Assembly (NCBI GenBank): GCA_040902745.1 | Contig: JBBDWR010000012.1 | Coordinates: 44,171 to 108,170, forward strand | Length of the DNA stretch: 64,000 bases | Direction of reading: 5' to 3' | Source: Actinomycetota bacterium | GTDB taxonomy: Bacteria > Actinomycetota > UBA4738 > HRBIN12 | The notes under the pieces: model-generated | Seen by the model: the letters and a program-made list of their open reading frames with translations, nothing else | Told to the model about the DNA's origin: nothing | The model's database searches: none | Translations under genes and position numbers: made by a program | In this document: one piece after another, positions 37,730 through 46,038 of the stretch | Layout of the letters: each line of letters starts with the position of its first letter | Position numbering within the stretch: the first letter of the stretch is position 1

Positions 37730-38563
37730 ATGACTTCGGCACGGTTCGAGGGCAAGAACGTGATCGTCACGGGCGGTTCGCGCGGCATCGGTCGCGGGAT
37801 CGTCGACGCGTTCGTCGAGGAGGGCGCACGGGTCTTCGTCGTCGATATCCTCCCCGACGGGCTCCAACGCCTGCTCGCCGAACACCCGCAGGCGGACGCG
37901 TTGGAGACGTTCGTCTGCGACATGGGCGACGTGGACGCCGTGCGAGCGATGGTGCGCGAGGCAGTGGCCCGCATGGGCGAGGTGCACGTGCTCGTGAACA
38001 ACGCGGGCGTACAGCCCGAAGGGTGGGCCAAAGACTTCACGCCCGAGGCGTTCGACGTGTGTATGGCGGTGAACGCGCGCGGCCCGTTCTTCGCGATGCA
38101 GGAGCTGTGCAACGGCTGGGTCTCGCGCGGGACGGCTGGCTCGATCGTGAACATCACCAGCGCGAACGCATTCAAGAACGAAAGCCCGGAGTCCGTCTAC
38201 AACGCGTCCAAGGCAGCGCTGGGAGCGCTGACGAACGCCTTCGCGCACGAGTACGGCCGGTACGGGATCCGCGTGAACGCTGTGGCCCCCGGCGAGACGA
38301 TCACCCCGGAGGCCGAGGCGGAGCTCGCCGCCAACCCCGACGAGCGACGGCTCGTGCGTGAGTACCTACGCCGGATCCCCTTGCAGCACACGGGCGTTCC
38401 CCGCGACCAGGCGATGGCGGTGTTGTTCCTCGCCGGCGACGACGCACGCTTCGTGAGCGCACAGACCCTGATCGTGGACGGCGGCGAACTCGGCGGAGGC
38501 GACTGGTACGACGTCGCCGACGCCCCGCCGCTGCCGCCCGAGGATCGCCCGATCACGGGCTAG
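37730..38563 (+). CDS. short-chain dehydrogenase/reductase (SDR)
   Basis: VIVTGGSRGIGRGI, NNAG, S..Y..ASK triad context (YNASKAA). GGGAGG RBS. Confidence 0.9.
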   Translation: MTSARFEGKNVIVTGGSRGIGRGIVDAFVEEGARVFVVDILPDGLQRLLAEHPQADALETFVCDMGDVDAVRAMVREAVARMGEVHVLVNNAGVQPEGWAKDFTPEAFDVCMAVNARGPFFAMQELCNGWVSRGTAGSIVNITSANAFKNESPESVYNASKAALGALTNAFAHEYGRYGIRVNAVAPGETITPEAEAELAANPDERRLVREYLRRIPLQHTGVPRDQAMAVLFLAGDDARFVSAQTLIVDGGELGGGDWYDVADAPPLPPEDRPITG

Positions 38564-38579
38564 CCACGTCTCGCTTCCC

Positions 38580-38665
38580 TCGTCAACGTGTTGACGAACA
38601 TCTCGTCAAGACGCTGACGGTTCGTCGCCACCACCCCGCAGCAACAACTCGTCAACGTATTGACG
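38580..38665. repeat. three related inverted repeats (CGTCAA-N-TTGACG type) in a convergent intergenic region
   Basis: TCGTCAAC-GT-GTTGACGA at 38580-38597, CGTCA-AGACGC-TGACG at 38604-38619, CGTCAA-CGTA-TTGACG at 38650-38665. Confidence 0.6.
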
Positions 38666-38675
38666 GGAGCACCAC

Positions 38676-39539
38676 CTATGTGACGTCGGGACGGTGCAAG
38701 GGCTGCCCCTTCACACCCAGATCAGCGATCGCCAGGTAGTCCTCACCGACGTTCGCCGTCACCGCGCGATCGAGCGCGTCACCCACGAAGCACATGTTCG
38801 TCGGCGAGTTCAGCCGTTTCGCCTCCCAGTCGTCGACGACGACCTCGAGGGTGCCGTCCGGACGCAGCACGTCCAGGCGGTCGGGACGGTAGTAGGCGAT
38901 GTACATGTTCCCCTCGTTGTCGAACACCAAGCCGTCGGGCACCGTCCGGGCCATCTCCACGACCAACTCACCCGAACCCGCCGAACCGTCTGGCTCGATC
39001 GGGATCCGCCATAGGCGCCCACCCGTGTGCACCTCTTCGGGGTGCGATTGCGCGACCCACAGGGCCGACCCATCCGGCGCCAATGCGCACCCGTTGGGAT
39101 ACCCGCCCACGGCGTCCGACCACACGGACGTTTCGCCGCCCCCGGGCTCCACGCGGAACACCACGCCGTTCAGCGACGACGTCACGTACATGACCCCCGC
39201 CGCATCGAATACCGGCCAGTTCGGCTCGTCGATCGGCGTGCCGGGAGCTCCCGCCGTGTAGGTCTCGACCTTGCCCGTGTCGGGGTCGATCCGCGACACG
39301 TCCTGGCGCACGTAGTCGCACGCGTAGATGTGGCCCGCACCGTCGACCGCCACCCCGAGCACGACCCCGCCCGTGTTCGCCACCTCACGCGAGGACCCGT
39401 CCAGGCCAACCGAGTAGATCTGTCCTCCCTCGCCGCCACAGTAGATGCGGCCGGCGAGCGGATCCCAACACAGCCCTTCCGGGTGCTGCAGGTCCCCCGC
39501 CAACGGCGAGAAGACCTCCGGTGCGAACAGCGCGTCCAT
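38676..39539 (-). CDS. SMP-30/gluconolactonase/LRE-like beta-propeller hydrolase
   Basis: 287 aa. PEGLCWDP..GRIY..G.IY.., YPNGCALAPDGSALWVA, VPDGLVFDNEGNMYIA. Confidence 0.8.
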   Translation of the reverse strand: MDALFAPEVFSPLAGDLQHPEGLCWDPLAGRIYCGGEGGQIYSVGLDGSSREVANTGGVVLGVAVDGAGHIYACDYVRQDVSRIDPDTGKVETYTAGAPGTPIDEPNWPVFDAAGVMYVTSSLNGVVFRVEPGGGETSVWSDAVGGYPNGCALAPDGSALWVAQSHPEEVHTGGRLWRIPIEPDGSAGSGELVVEMARTVPDGLVFDNEGNMYIAYYRPDRLDVLRPDGTLEVVVDDWEAKRLNSPTNMCFVGDALDRAVTANVGEDYLAIADLGVKGQPLHRPDVT

Positions 39540-39564
39540 CGTCCCCGTTCCTCTCTCGCGACGA

Positions 39565-40023
39565 CTACGTCTCGCCGCGTGCCTTCTTCATCGCTGCCTT
39601 GACCTCGTCGGTGTCCAACGTCATCTCGAGGAACCCGACCTGCTCTTCGTAGACCGACGCATCGGCCTGCTCTTTCACCTCGTATTCGAAGATGTGCAAC
39701 ACGGAGAGCCCCAACTGGACTCCCGCCAACGGACCCACCCAGGCCGGATCTCCGTCCCGCACGGTCTCGGCCGCGACTTCGACCGCTTCCGCGTCGGCCG
39801 CGCCGAGCATCACGACGAGGTTCTCGTCACCGTGCTCGTCGACGATCCGTTTGATCAACGCCTGGTTCTCCGGGTCCATGGCGCCGGACGCCGTTCAGAC
39901 GAAGCACTCCGTGCGGACCTCGATCACCTCGGCGCCGGCGCTCTTCGCCACCTCGGCGATCGCCTCGCCGGGTACGGAGTCGCGCTCGCCGAGGGCGATC
40001 ACCTTCTTGCCTTTCAGCTCCAT
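39565..40023 (-). CDS. grdA: glycine/sarcosine/betaine reductase complex selenoprotein A (GrdA) with in-frame UGA = Sec43
   Basis: Reading through TGA 39895-39897 gives [83 protein letters not shown]. This matches the GrdA CFVUTAAGAMD core as I remember it. The ORF track shows only the post-UGA part, 39565..39879. Confidence 0.85.
39856..39886 (-). promoter_or_regulatory. candidate SECIS stem-loop downstream of the grdA UGA
   Basis: mRNA +9..+39 after UGA folds to a 10-bp stem (2 G-U pairs, one bulged A) with a 10-nt loop ACCCGGAGAA. An alternative is the 5-bp UCCGG/CCGGA hairpin. The exact fold is uncertain. Confidence 0.4.
39895..39897 (-). other. in-frame UGA selenocysteine codon of grdA
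   Basis: TGA sits in the conserved C-F-V-U-T context. The frame is continuous from ATG 40021-40023 to TAG 39565-39567. Confidence 0.8.
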
Positions 40024-40066
40024 GTCGGTTGCTTCACCTCCCCTCGTGTGCGTCTCACGCGCCACC

Positions 40067-40447
40067 TCAGGCGCCTTGGTCGCGAAGATGTTCGGGGACC
40101 GGCAGTCCCACGGCCGGTGCGCCGTCCAACAGTCGGCGGATCGCCGCTTCGATGTCGTCGGGCGTCGCGGCGTTGCTCGTGATGCGCTCCACCTCGACGC
40201 CGTCGCGCATCGTGATGTAGGCAGGCAGTCCCGCCACGCGAAGGTCCCGGCAGATCTTCCGGTTGTCCGGTGCGTTCACCTTCACGAGCGTCACCTCGTG
40301 CGCGTACTTTTCGCCGAGCGCCTCCACCGCGGGCATCAGCGCCAGACACGGCTGACACTCCGGTCCCCAGATGTCGACGAGGACGTGGCCCTCGTTGACG
40401 AGGTCGTCGAACTCCTCGACGGTCGCTTCGATCGCCATCGTGTGCAT
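40067..40447 (-). CDS. thioredoxin with atypical WGPECQPC active site
   Basis: ATG 40445-40447 after AGGAGGGGAGGGA. 126 aa. [28 protein letters not shown]. The long 5' ORF extension (to 41599) overlaps grdC and was rejected. Confidence 0.85.
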   Translation of the reverse strand: MHTMAIEATVEEFDDLVNEGHVLVDIWGPECQPCLALMPAVEALGEKYAHEVTLVKVNAPDNRKICRDLRVAGLPAYITMRDGVEVERITSNAATPDDIEAAIRRLLDGAPAVGLPVPEHLRDQGA

Positions 40448-40473
40448 TCCCTCCCCTCCTCTTGGCCTTTCCT

Positions 40474-41793
40474 CTAGGCCTCGAGCGTTACGGACGCGCC
40501 GTCCCACAGCCGGGTGAGTCGGCCGAGGAACAGCGATCCCTTCGCGATCAACATCGTCGTATCGAGCTTGCCGGCCTGCATCCGCGCCAGCGCGTGCGGC
40601 AACCACGGCACCGCCGACGCGATGTGTCCCTGCGTCGGCGAGAACCCGGGCAACCCGTGCGCTCTCGCGAACCCGGCGATCTCGCTCTTGTCCATCTCGC
40701 CACGGACAACCCCGAGTCCCGCGAGCATCTTGTAGTTGCGGTCGGGAACGTCCCCGCCGCCCTGAGGCTCGGTGATCTCGGGGTTGTGGATCTCCACCGC
40801 GTACGTACCGATGTCGGAAACCCGCAGCCCCATCGCGTCCAGCGGCGCACCGACGAGCGACTCGAGCTGGCCCTGCTGCGCGTTGCCCACGCGCACCGGC
40901 ATGCGGCCGATCGCATCTGTGCGCAGCACGGGTCCGTTCGACCCGTCGGCCGGACCCAGCAGCACCGCCATCCCGGCGAGGACGTCCTCGATCACCGGGA
41001 ACCCCTTGTCGAGGGCGCCCTCGAACTTCATCCCGAGCTTGCCAAGCGACCCGCCCGCGACGAGCAGCACGCGCTCCTCGACCCCCGCCTCGATCAGGGC
41101 CGCGGCCACGGCCATCGCGTGCACGGGCGCGGCGCAGAACGACTTCACGTCGATCCCGCTGGCGTTCACGACCCCGCAGTGTTCGGCGACGGCCTTCGCG
41201 AGGTTGCCGCCTCCGCGCTGATAGCGATCGCCGATCGCCTCCTCTCCGCAGCCGATCGCGTGCGTGATCGACCCCGGATCCACGTCGCTGGTCTCGAGCA
41301 AGTGCCGCAGCGCATGCACGGCGCTCGCCTTGATCGTGTAGTTCTCCAGCAGCACGTGCGCCTGCAGCGATTCGTCGAGAGCGTGGGCGGGGGCGAACGC
41401 TCCCACGACCTCGCCGCCGGCGAACAGTCCGAGTTCGCCTTTGCCGGGATCGGGCTCGTCTTTGAGGCGCACCAACTCGAACTGATCGATCTCGGCGAGC
41501 AGCTCGTAGAAGCGGTTCTGCTCCATCACGTCGCCGAACGGTCCGGCCGGCGACGCGCCCTCGACGGGGTGTTGCCACCAGGTTCGCGGACGCTCCCACA
41601 GGTCATCGGGCGCCAGCGCCCCGACGAACACCTGGTTCGGCGGATAGGCGACCGCGTCCTCGTACGAGCGGAGCGCACCGAACAGTTCCGGCCACCGCGC
41701 CTGTTCGCGCCACGGCTTGGACCCGTACCGGACCAGATCAGGGACGTGCTCCAGCACGAACGACGCCGCGAGCACGGCGGCCCGTCTGCTCAC
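40474..41793 (-). CDS. grdC: glycine reductase complex component C, beta subunit-like (GrdC; thiolase/KAS-III-like fold)
   Basis: SFVLEHVPDLVRYGSKP..LRSYEDAVAYPPNQVFVG..GDRYQRGGGNLAKA..DVKSFCAAPVHA..LVAGGSLGKLGMKF..KGSLFLGRLT. GTG 41791-41793 (GGGAGG 6 nt upstream) overlaps the grdB stop (GTGA). ATG 41808 is an alternative. Confidence 0.75.
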   Translation of the reverse strand: MSRRAAVLAASFVLEHVPDLVRYGSKPWREQARWPELFGALRSYEDAVAYPPNQVFVGALAPDDLWERPRTWWQHPVEGASPAGPFGDVMEQNRFYELLAEIDQFELVRLKDEPDPGKGELGLFAGGEVVGAFAPAHALDESLQAHVLLENYTIKASAVHALRHLLETSDVDPGSITHAIGCGEEAIGDRYQRGGGNLAKAVAEHCGVVNASGIDVKSFCAAPVHAMAVAAALIEAGVEERVLLVAGGSLGKLGMKFEGALDKGFPVIEDVLAGMAVLLGPADGSNGPVLRTDAIGRMPVRVGNAQQGQLESLVGAPLDAMGLRVSDIGTYAVEIHNPEITEPQGGGDVPDRNYKMLAGLGVVRGEMDKSEIAGFARAHGLPGFSPTQGHIASAVPWLPHALARMQAGKLDTTMLIAKGSLFLGRLTRLWDGASVTLEA

Positions 41794-43097
41794 GCGGACA
41801 CCTCCCACACGGTCGCCGGCTCCACGTCGGTCTCAACCATCTCGAGCGCGCGTTCCACGATCTTGGTGCGCAGTGCCACTTCTTCCTCCTCGTCCAGCGA
41901 CGGATCCCCGGTCGGGTTCGTGATCGCCGGCCCTCGCACGATCCGGCTGGCTCCCGCCATCTGTGCGATCGTCGGCAACGACGTGATCGTCGCCACCGGG
42001 ATGCCTTTCCGTTCGATCTCTTTCGCAAGCGTCGCCCCGCAACGCGTCCCTGTGCCTCAGGTGCCGGTCAACACCACCGCCTGGACTCCGGCATTGACCA
42101 GCTCGGCCGCGATCTCCTGGCCGAAGCGCGTCGCGGACGCCACGGGCGTGTCCACGCCCGTCGTCGTGTAGAAGGTCGGATGCAACCGGCCGATCCGTCC
42201 CTGGGTCTCCAGCCTTCGCACCGCGTCCAGCGGCACGAGCCGATTGGGATCGGCATTCCCAGCGGTCGTGTCGAAACCTCCGTGGACGGTTTCGTAGGCA
42301 TCGGCCGACATTGAGGCCACTCCGTCGATGGGATAGGCCAGCCAGGCGTGCGCCCGGCGAGAGACGAGGTGATCCGGGTTGCCCTGGGGAACACACCCAG
42401 CCTCCGACACGAGCGCCACCAGCGCCTCGCTCACGTCCGGCACCGGCGACGCCGGCGGCACGACTTCGAACGCAGGCGCCACTTCTGTCTCGAAGGCCTC
42501 GCCGCGGAGCTTGGCGAGCACCAGATCGAGGGCCCGGTCGGCTCCCGACCGATCGACGACCTCGTTGCGTCGGATCCCCCGGGGCAGGTAGCCCGCCTCT
42601 TCTGGCGAGCCCGGGTCGCGCCCCTCGGCGAGCGCCACACCGATGGCGGCGAGCACGGGAAGCGCGTCCTTCATCCCCGCGACGTTCGCGGTGGTCGGAA
42701 CGACGTAGGCACCCCCCTCGGCGGCGATCACCCCGGGGTTCTCGGGGAACATCGCCGTCACGACGGGGATCCCACGTCGCGAGGCCTCGCGGGCGAGCAT
42801 CCCGCAGGCGTAGCCGTAGCGGCCCGAGTTGAAGGCGGGCCCGCACACGAGTACGTCGGGCGCCTCCTCCTCCAGCCAGGCAAGCAGGGTTGCGAGCGCG
42901 GGATCCTCGTGTTCGGCGAAGTAGTCGTCTCCGCACGCCAGCGTGACGTCGACGGGCAGTCCCAGCGGCGTCAGCCCTCGGCCGGGTCCCTGCGGCCCCT
43001 CGAGGCGCACCGGCTCGTGACCTGCGGCCTCCTCGGCACCGAGACCTGCGAAGAATTGGTTCATGTAGTGGACGACGCGAACCGCGGCCGGGCTCAT
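41790..43097 (-). CDS. grdB: glycine/sarcosine/betaine reductase selenoprotein B family (GrdB/GrdF/GrdH) with in-frame UGA
   Basis: MSPAAVRVVHYMNQFFAGLGAEE.. N-terminus. Read-through of TGA 42057-42059 gives ..AVVLTGT-U-GTGTRCGATLAKEIERKGIPVATITS..NPTGDPSLDEEEE... The ORF track splits it into 42057..44066 and 41790..41996, which are in the same frame. 435 codons, typical GrdB size. Confidence 0.85.
42029..42045 (-). promoter_or_regulatory. candidate SECIS hairpin downstream of the grdB UGA
   Basis: GCGUUGC-GGG-GCGACGC (7-bp stem incl. one G-U). The stem starts 11 nt after UGA and the G-rich apical loop starts at +19, consistent with bacterial SECIS geometry. Confidence 0.55.
42057..42059 (-). 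other. in-frame UGA selenocysteine codon of grdB-family gene
   Basis: TGA sits in the conserved LT(S/G)T-U-G-T-x-T-R-C-G-A-T context. Confidence 0.8.
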
Positions 43098-44377
43098 ATC
43101 GTCACTCCCCGCAGTCTGCCGTCCCCGAGTTGCGTCGCGGCGTCGAGGTAGTGCAGCACCGGCACCTGTGCCGGTGCTTCGTGATCCGTTTCGCCGATCA
43201 CGCTCGCGGGCGTCCAGCCGTCCGCGCGCTCCAGAACGTTGCCGGTCGACACCAGTGCGTCTGCTTCTGCGACGTGGTCGGTCAGGCCCCCCTCTTCCGC
43301 GACGATGCCCACGGCGCGAACGCCGAGTTGTTCGCACGCGCGCAGGGTGAGCATCGTGTCGGTGTGGGAGTTGCCCAGCGAATACGTCGTGCAGATCGCG
43401 GCATCCGCGCCGAGTTCCTCGGCTGCGATGTGCGCCGCGCCGTCCGCCATGCGCCGTTTGTCGTCCGCGTCGTCCAGGTATCCCTGGGTCAAGACCGCGC
43501 CGGGACACACCAGCGCGGTGCCGTGCTCGTTTAACAGGCGATGCAGCAAACGCGACCGTTGGATCGTTCCCGTGCTCACGCGCGCCGCGGGTGAGTCGTA
43601 CGCGCCCGCGGTCAAGGCACCATCGAGCAGCGCTCTCGGATCGACGGCGCAGGGACTCACAAGGTCCACGGGCGCTCCGCGCAGGTAGGTCGTCAGCCCC
43701 GGTCCCTCGGCCGTGAACTGCAGGATCGGCACCACCACGGGCAGCTCCCCGGCCACTTCCCCGAGCGCGAACACGGACTCGGTATCCGCGTCGCTGTCCT
43801 CGGCCGTAGCCGAGGCCAGATCCCGGGCCGCTCGGAGCAGTGTGCGGCGGGCGGCCGCGTCGACGTCGGCGAGAGAGGCGCCCTGCGCGGCTACCAGCTC
43901 CAGGACCAGGTTGATCGTCGATCCCCACGGGGTCAGAGATGCCCCCGATCCGTCCATGTCGACGTAGCTGGCCGGGATCGGATCGTCGGGATCGATCAGC
44001 GCTCCCATGTCGAGCGTCGACAACACCGCGATGCCGTCGAGCCGATCTGTTCGTCCCGTGCCGCATAGCGCGTCGGCGGGGCCGAGCACGCCGGGGAAGG
44101 TCGCCGCAGGATCGTCCGCCTTGACCGACGGCACGACGGCGTCGAGGACGTTCGCGATACGAACGGAGTCACCGGGACGAACGACGTGCGCGCGCAACGA
44201 GCCGAGCGCGGGTTCGTCGGAGCACAGGGACTCGACGACGTCGAGGTCGATCTCGAGGAGAGGATCGCCGGGAGTGCGAGAGACGCGCCCTTCCCCATGG
44301 CGCACCTCCCGCACCGCCCGGACGTCGAAAGCCGCGACGGTGAGCGGCGACGCAGAGATGGTACCCGGTCTCGGCAT
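43094..44377 (-). CDS. glycine/sarcosine/betaine reductase component B alpha/beta-type subunit (GrdE/GrdG/GrdI family), lacking the canonical Asn-Cys autoprocessing site
   Basis: ATG 44375-44377. 427 aa. RPGDSVRIANVLDAV.P..K...FPG, LLDGALTAGAYDS.., TQGYLDDADDKRR.., NSHTDTML. ATGA overlap with grdB. The long 5' ORF extension was rejected. Confidence 0.75.
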   Translation of the reverse strand: MPRPGTISASPLTVAAFDVRAVREVRHGEGRVSRTPGDPLLEIDLDVVESLCSDEPALGSLRAHVVRPGDSVRIANVLDAVVPSVKADDPAATFPGVLGPADALCGTGRTDRLDGIAVLSTLDMGALIDPDDPIPASYVDMDGSGASLTPWGSTINLVLELVAAQGASLADVDAAARRTLLRAARDLASATAEDSDADTESVFALGEVAGELPVVVPILQFTAEGPGLTTYLRGAPVDLVSPCAVDPRALLDGALTAGAYDSPAARVSTGTIQRSRLLHRLLNEHGTALVCPGAVLTQGYLDDADDKRRMADGAAHIAAEELGADAAICTTYSLGNSHTDTMLTLRACEQLGVRAVGIVAEEGGLTDHVAEADALVSTGNVLERADGWTPASVIGETDHEAPAQVPVLHYLDAATQLGDGRLRGVTI

Positions 44378-44379
44378 CC

Positions 44380-46035
44380 TCACACCATCCCCCGCTCGGG
44401 GTCCCTCTGTGGCCTGCGTCGCGACCTGCGAGCATCTCGGAGGACCTCCCGGGCGCAATTGCTCCCGTTCGCTCCGGTCACCCCGCCTCCCGGATGTGTC
44501 CCCGCGCCGCACAGGTACAGGCCGCGAACCGGCGAGCGGTACGCGCCGTAGCCGCGGATCGGTCGCAAGAACAGCAATTGGTCCGGCGACATGTCGCCGT
44601 GCATGTGATGGCCGCCGGTGAGCGCGAGCCTTCGCTCGAGATCGAGCGGCGACAAGACCTCGCGATGCAGCACCGATCCCAAAACGTTGGGGAACGCTTC
44701 GCCCACGCGTTCGATCACGCGGTCGGCGATCGCGTCCTTGCGTTCGTCCCACGTTCCGTCGGCCAGTCGGTACGGCTGTGAACGCACGCCGACCGTGACG
44801 ACGTGCTGTCCCGGTGGCGCGAGCGAAGGATCCGACACACTCGGGATACACAGCTCGATGTGCGGCTGGTCGGCCGGTTCGCCCGCCTTCGCGTGTGCCT
44901 GGTCCATGTCGAGGTCCCGCAGGGGCTTCGTGAGCTGGATCAATGCCCGGTGGTAGGGCTGCTCACGGGCCCCGGCGGCCGATCCGGCCCCCGGGAGATC
45001 GTCGAACCCGGCCAGGCGCGGCAGCTCGGAAACGCCAAGGTTGATCTTCATGCTGGCTCCGTCGGTGCGGTAGGAGCGGATCGCCCCGACCACCTCGTGC
45101 GGGAGCTCGCGCTCCCCCACCAGGCCGAGGAATGTCCGTTTGGGATCGGCGTTGGACAACACGAGGTCGGCAAAGAGCTCCTCTCCCGAGCCGGCCAGCA
45201 CCACGCCCGTCGCCCGGCCGCCGCGGATGACGATCCGTTCCACCTCGGCGTCGGTGCGGATCAACACGCCGCGTTCGGTTGCGGCCTCCGCCATGAGCCT
45301 CGTGACCTCTCCCATGCCGCCGCGGACGAATCCCCAGTTCTGCTGGCCGACCCCGCTCGCGTGATCGTGCAACAACACGTACGCGGTGCCGAAGGCCTTC
45401 GGCCCGGCGAGTGTGTTGCTGATCGACTCCCAACCCAGTGCGGATTTCAGCTCGTCGGACTCGAACCACTCGTCGAGGTACTGCGCCATCGAGGTGGTGA
45501 ACAAGAAGCTCAGCTCGGTCAGGCGCTTGCGGTTGCGCAGGCCGAGTCGCGCGAACCACGCGAGCGCCGAAAGATCCCGCCTGCTCGGCGCGCGCGGGTC
45601 GGGCGGGGTCCGGTCGAACACCGGCAGGATCGCCTCCGCGAGGCCGGCCAACCGCTCCTCGAACCGTGGGTAGGCGCGCGCGTCCCGTTTGGAGAACCGC
45701 GCGATCTCCTCGCTCGCCGCTCCAACGTCACCGTGCAAGAATAGGTGCGCGCCGTCCGGATACAGGTTCAGCGAAGGCGTGGCCGCGTCGACGTGCAGGC
45801 CGCGTTCCCGCAGCCGGAAGTCCCGCCAGATCGCGGGCCGCAGCATCGAGAGTACGTAGGCGCCCGGAGACGCCCGGAACCCCGGCGCGAACTCCTCCGT
45901 GGTGCACGCGCCCCCGACCAGCTCGCGACGCTCGAGCACGCACACGCGAAGACCCTCGCGGGCCAACGAGAACGCGGCGACGAGTCCGTTGTGTCCGCCG
46001 CCCACGATGACGACGTCGTAGCGGTTGGTCGTCAC
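44380..46035 (-). CDS. FAD-dependent oxidoreductase, CrtI/phytoene-desaturase-like (PYROXD2-like) paralogue 1
   Basis: GTG start. YDVVIVGGGHNGLVAAFSLAREGLRVCVLERRELVGGACTTEEFAPGFRASPGAYVLSMLRP.. and C-terminal GLYLCGAGTHPGGGVTGANG. Its stop is 2 nt from the grdE-like start. Confidence 0.8.
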   Translation of the reverse strand: MTTNRYDVVIVGGGHNGLVAAFSLAREGLRVCVLERRELVGGACTTEEFAPGFRASPGAYVLSMLRPAIWRDFRLRERGLHVDAATPSLNLYPDGAHLFLHGDVGAASEEIARFSKRDARAYPRFEERLAGLAEAILPVFDRTPPDPRAPSRRDLSALAWFARLGLRNRKRLTELSFLFTTSMAQYLDEWFESDELKSALGWESISNTLAGPKAFGTAYVLLHDHASGVGQQNWGFVRGGMGEVTRLMAEAATERGVLIRTDAEVERIVIRGGRATGVVLAGSGEELFADLVLSNADPKRTFLGLVGERELPHEVVGAIRSYRTDGASMKINLGVSELPRLAGFDDLPGAGSAAGAREQPYHRALIQLTKPLRDLDMDQAHAKAGEPADQPHIELCIPSVSDPSLAPPGQHVVTVGVRSQPYRLADGTWDERKDAIADRVIERVGEAFPNVLGSVLHREVLSPLDLERRLALTGGHHMHGDMSPDQLLFLRPIRGYGAYRSPVRGLYLCGAGTHPGGGVTGANGSNCAREVLRDARRSRRRPQRDPERGMV

Positions 46036-46038
46036 GTC

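Noticed and set aside
41790-41996. 68-aa ORF and the 104-aa ORF 39565..39879 as independent small genes
   Set aside because: Both are in frame with, and contiguous to, upstream coding sequence across a single TGA in the conserved Sec contexts of GrdB and GrdA. I treat them as the C-terminal parts of selenoproteins.
43098-44066. N-terminal 323-aa extension of ORF 42057..44066, and similar 5' extensions of 40067..41599, 43094..44851, 46039..47346, 46860..48728, 24879..26360, 28553..30454 and 51642..53723
   Set aside because: The extensions are Arg/Gly-rich, overlap the well-supported upstream gene, and internal starts with RBS or ATGA coupling give family-typical N-termini and lengths.
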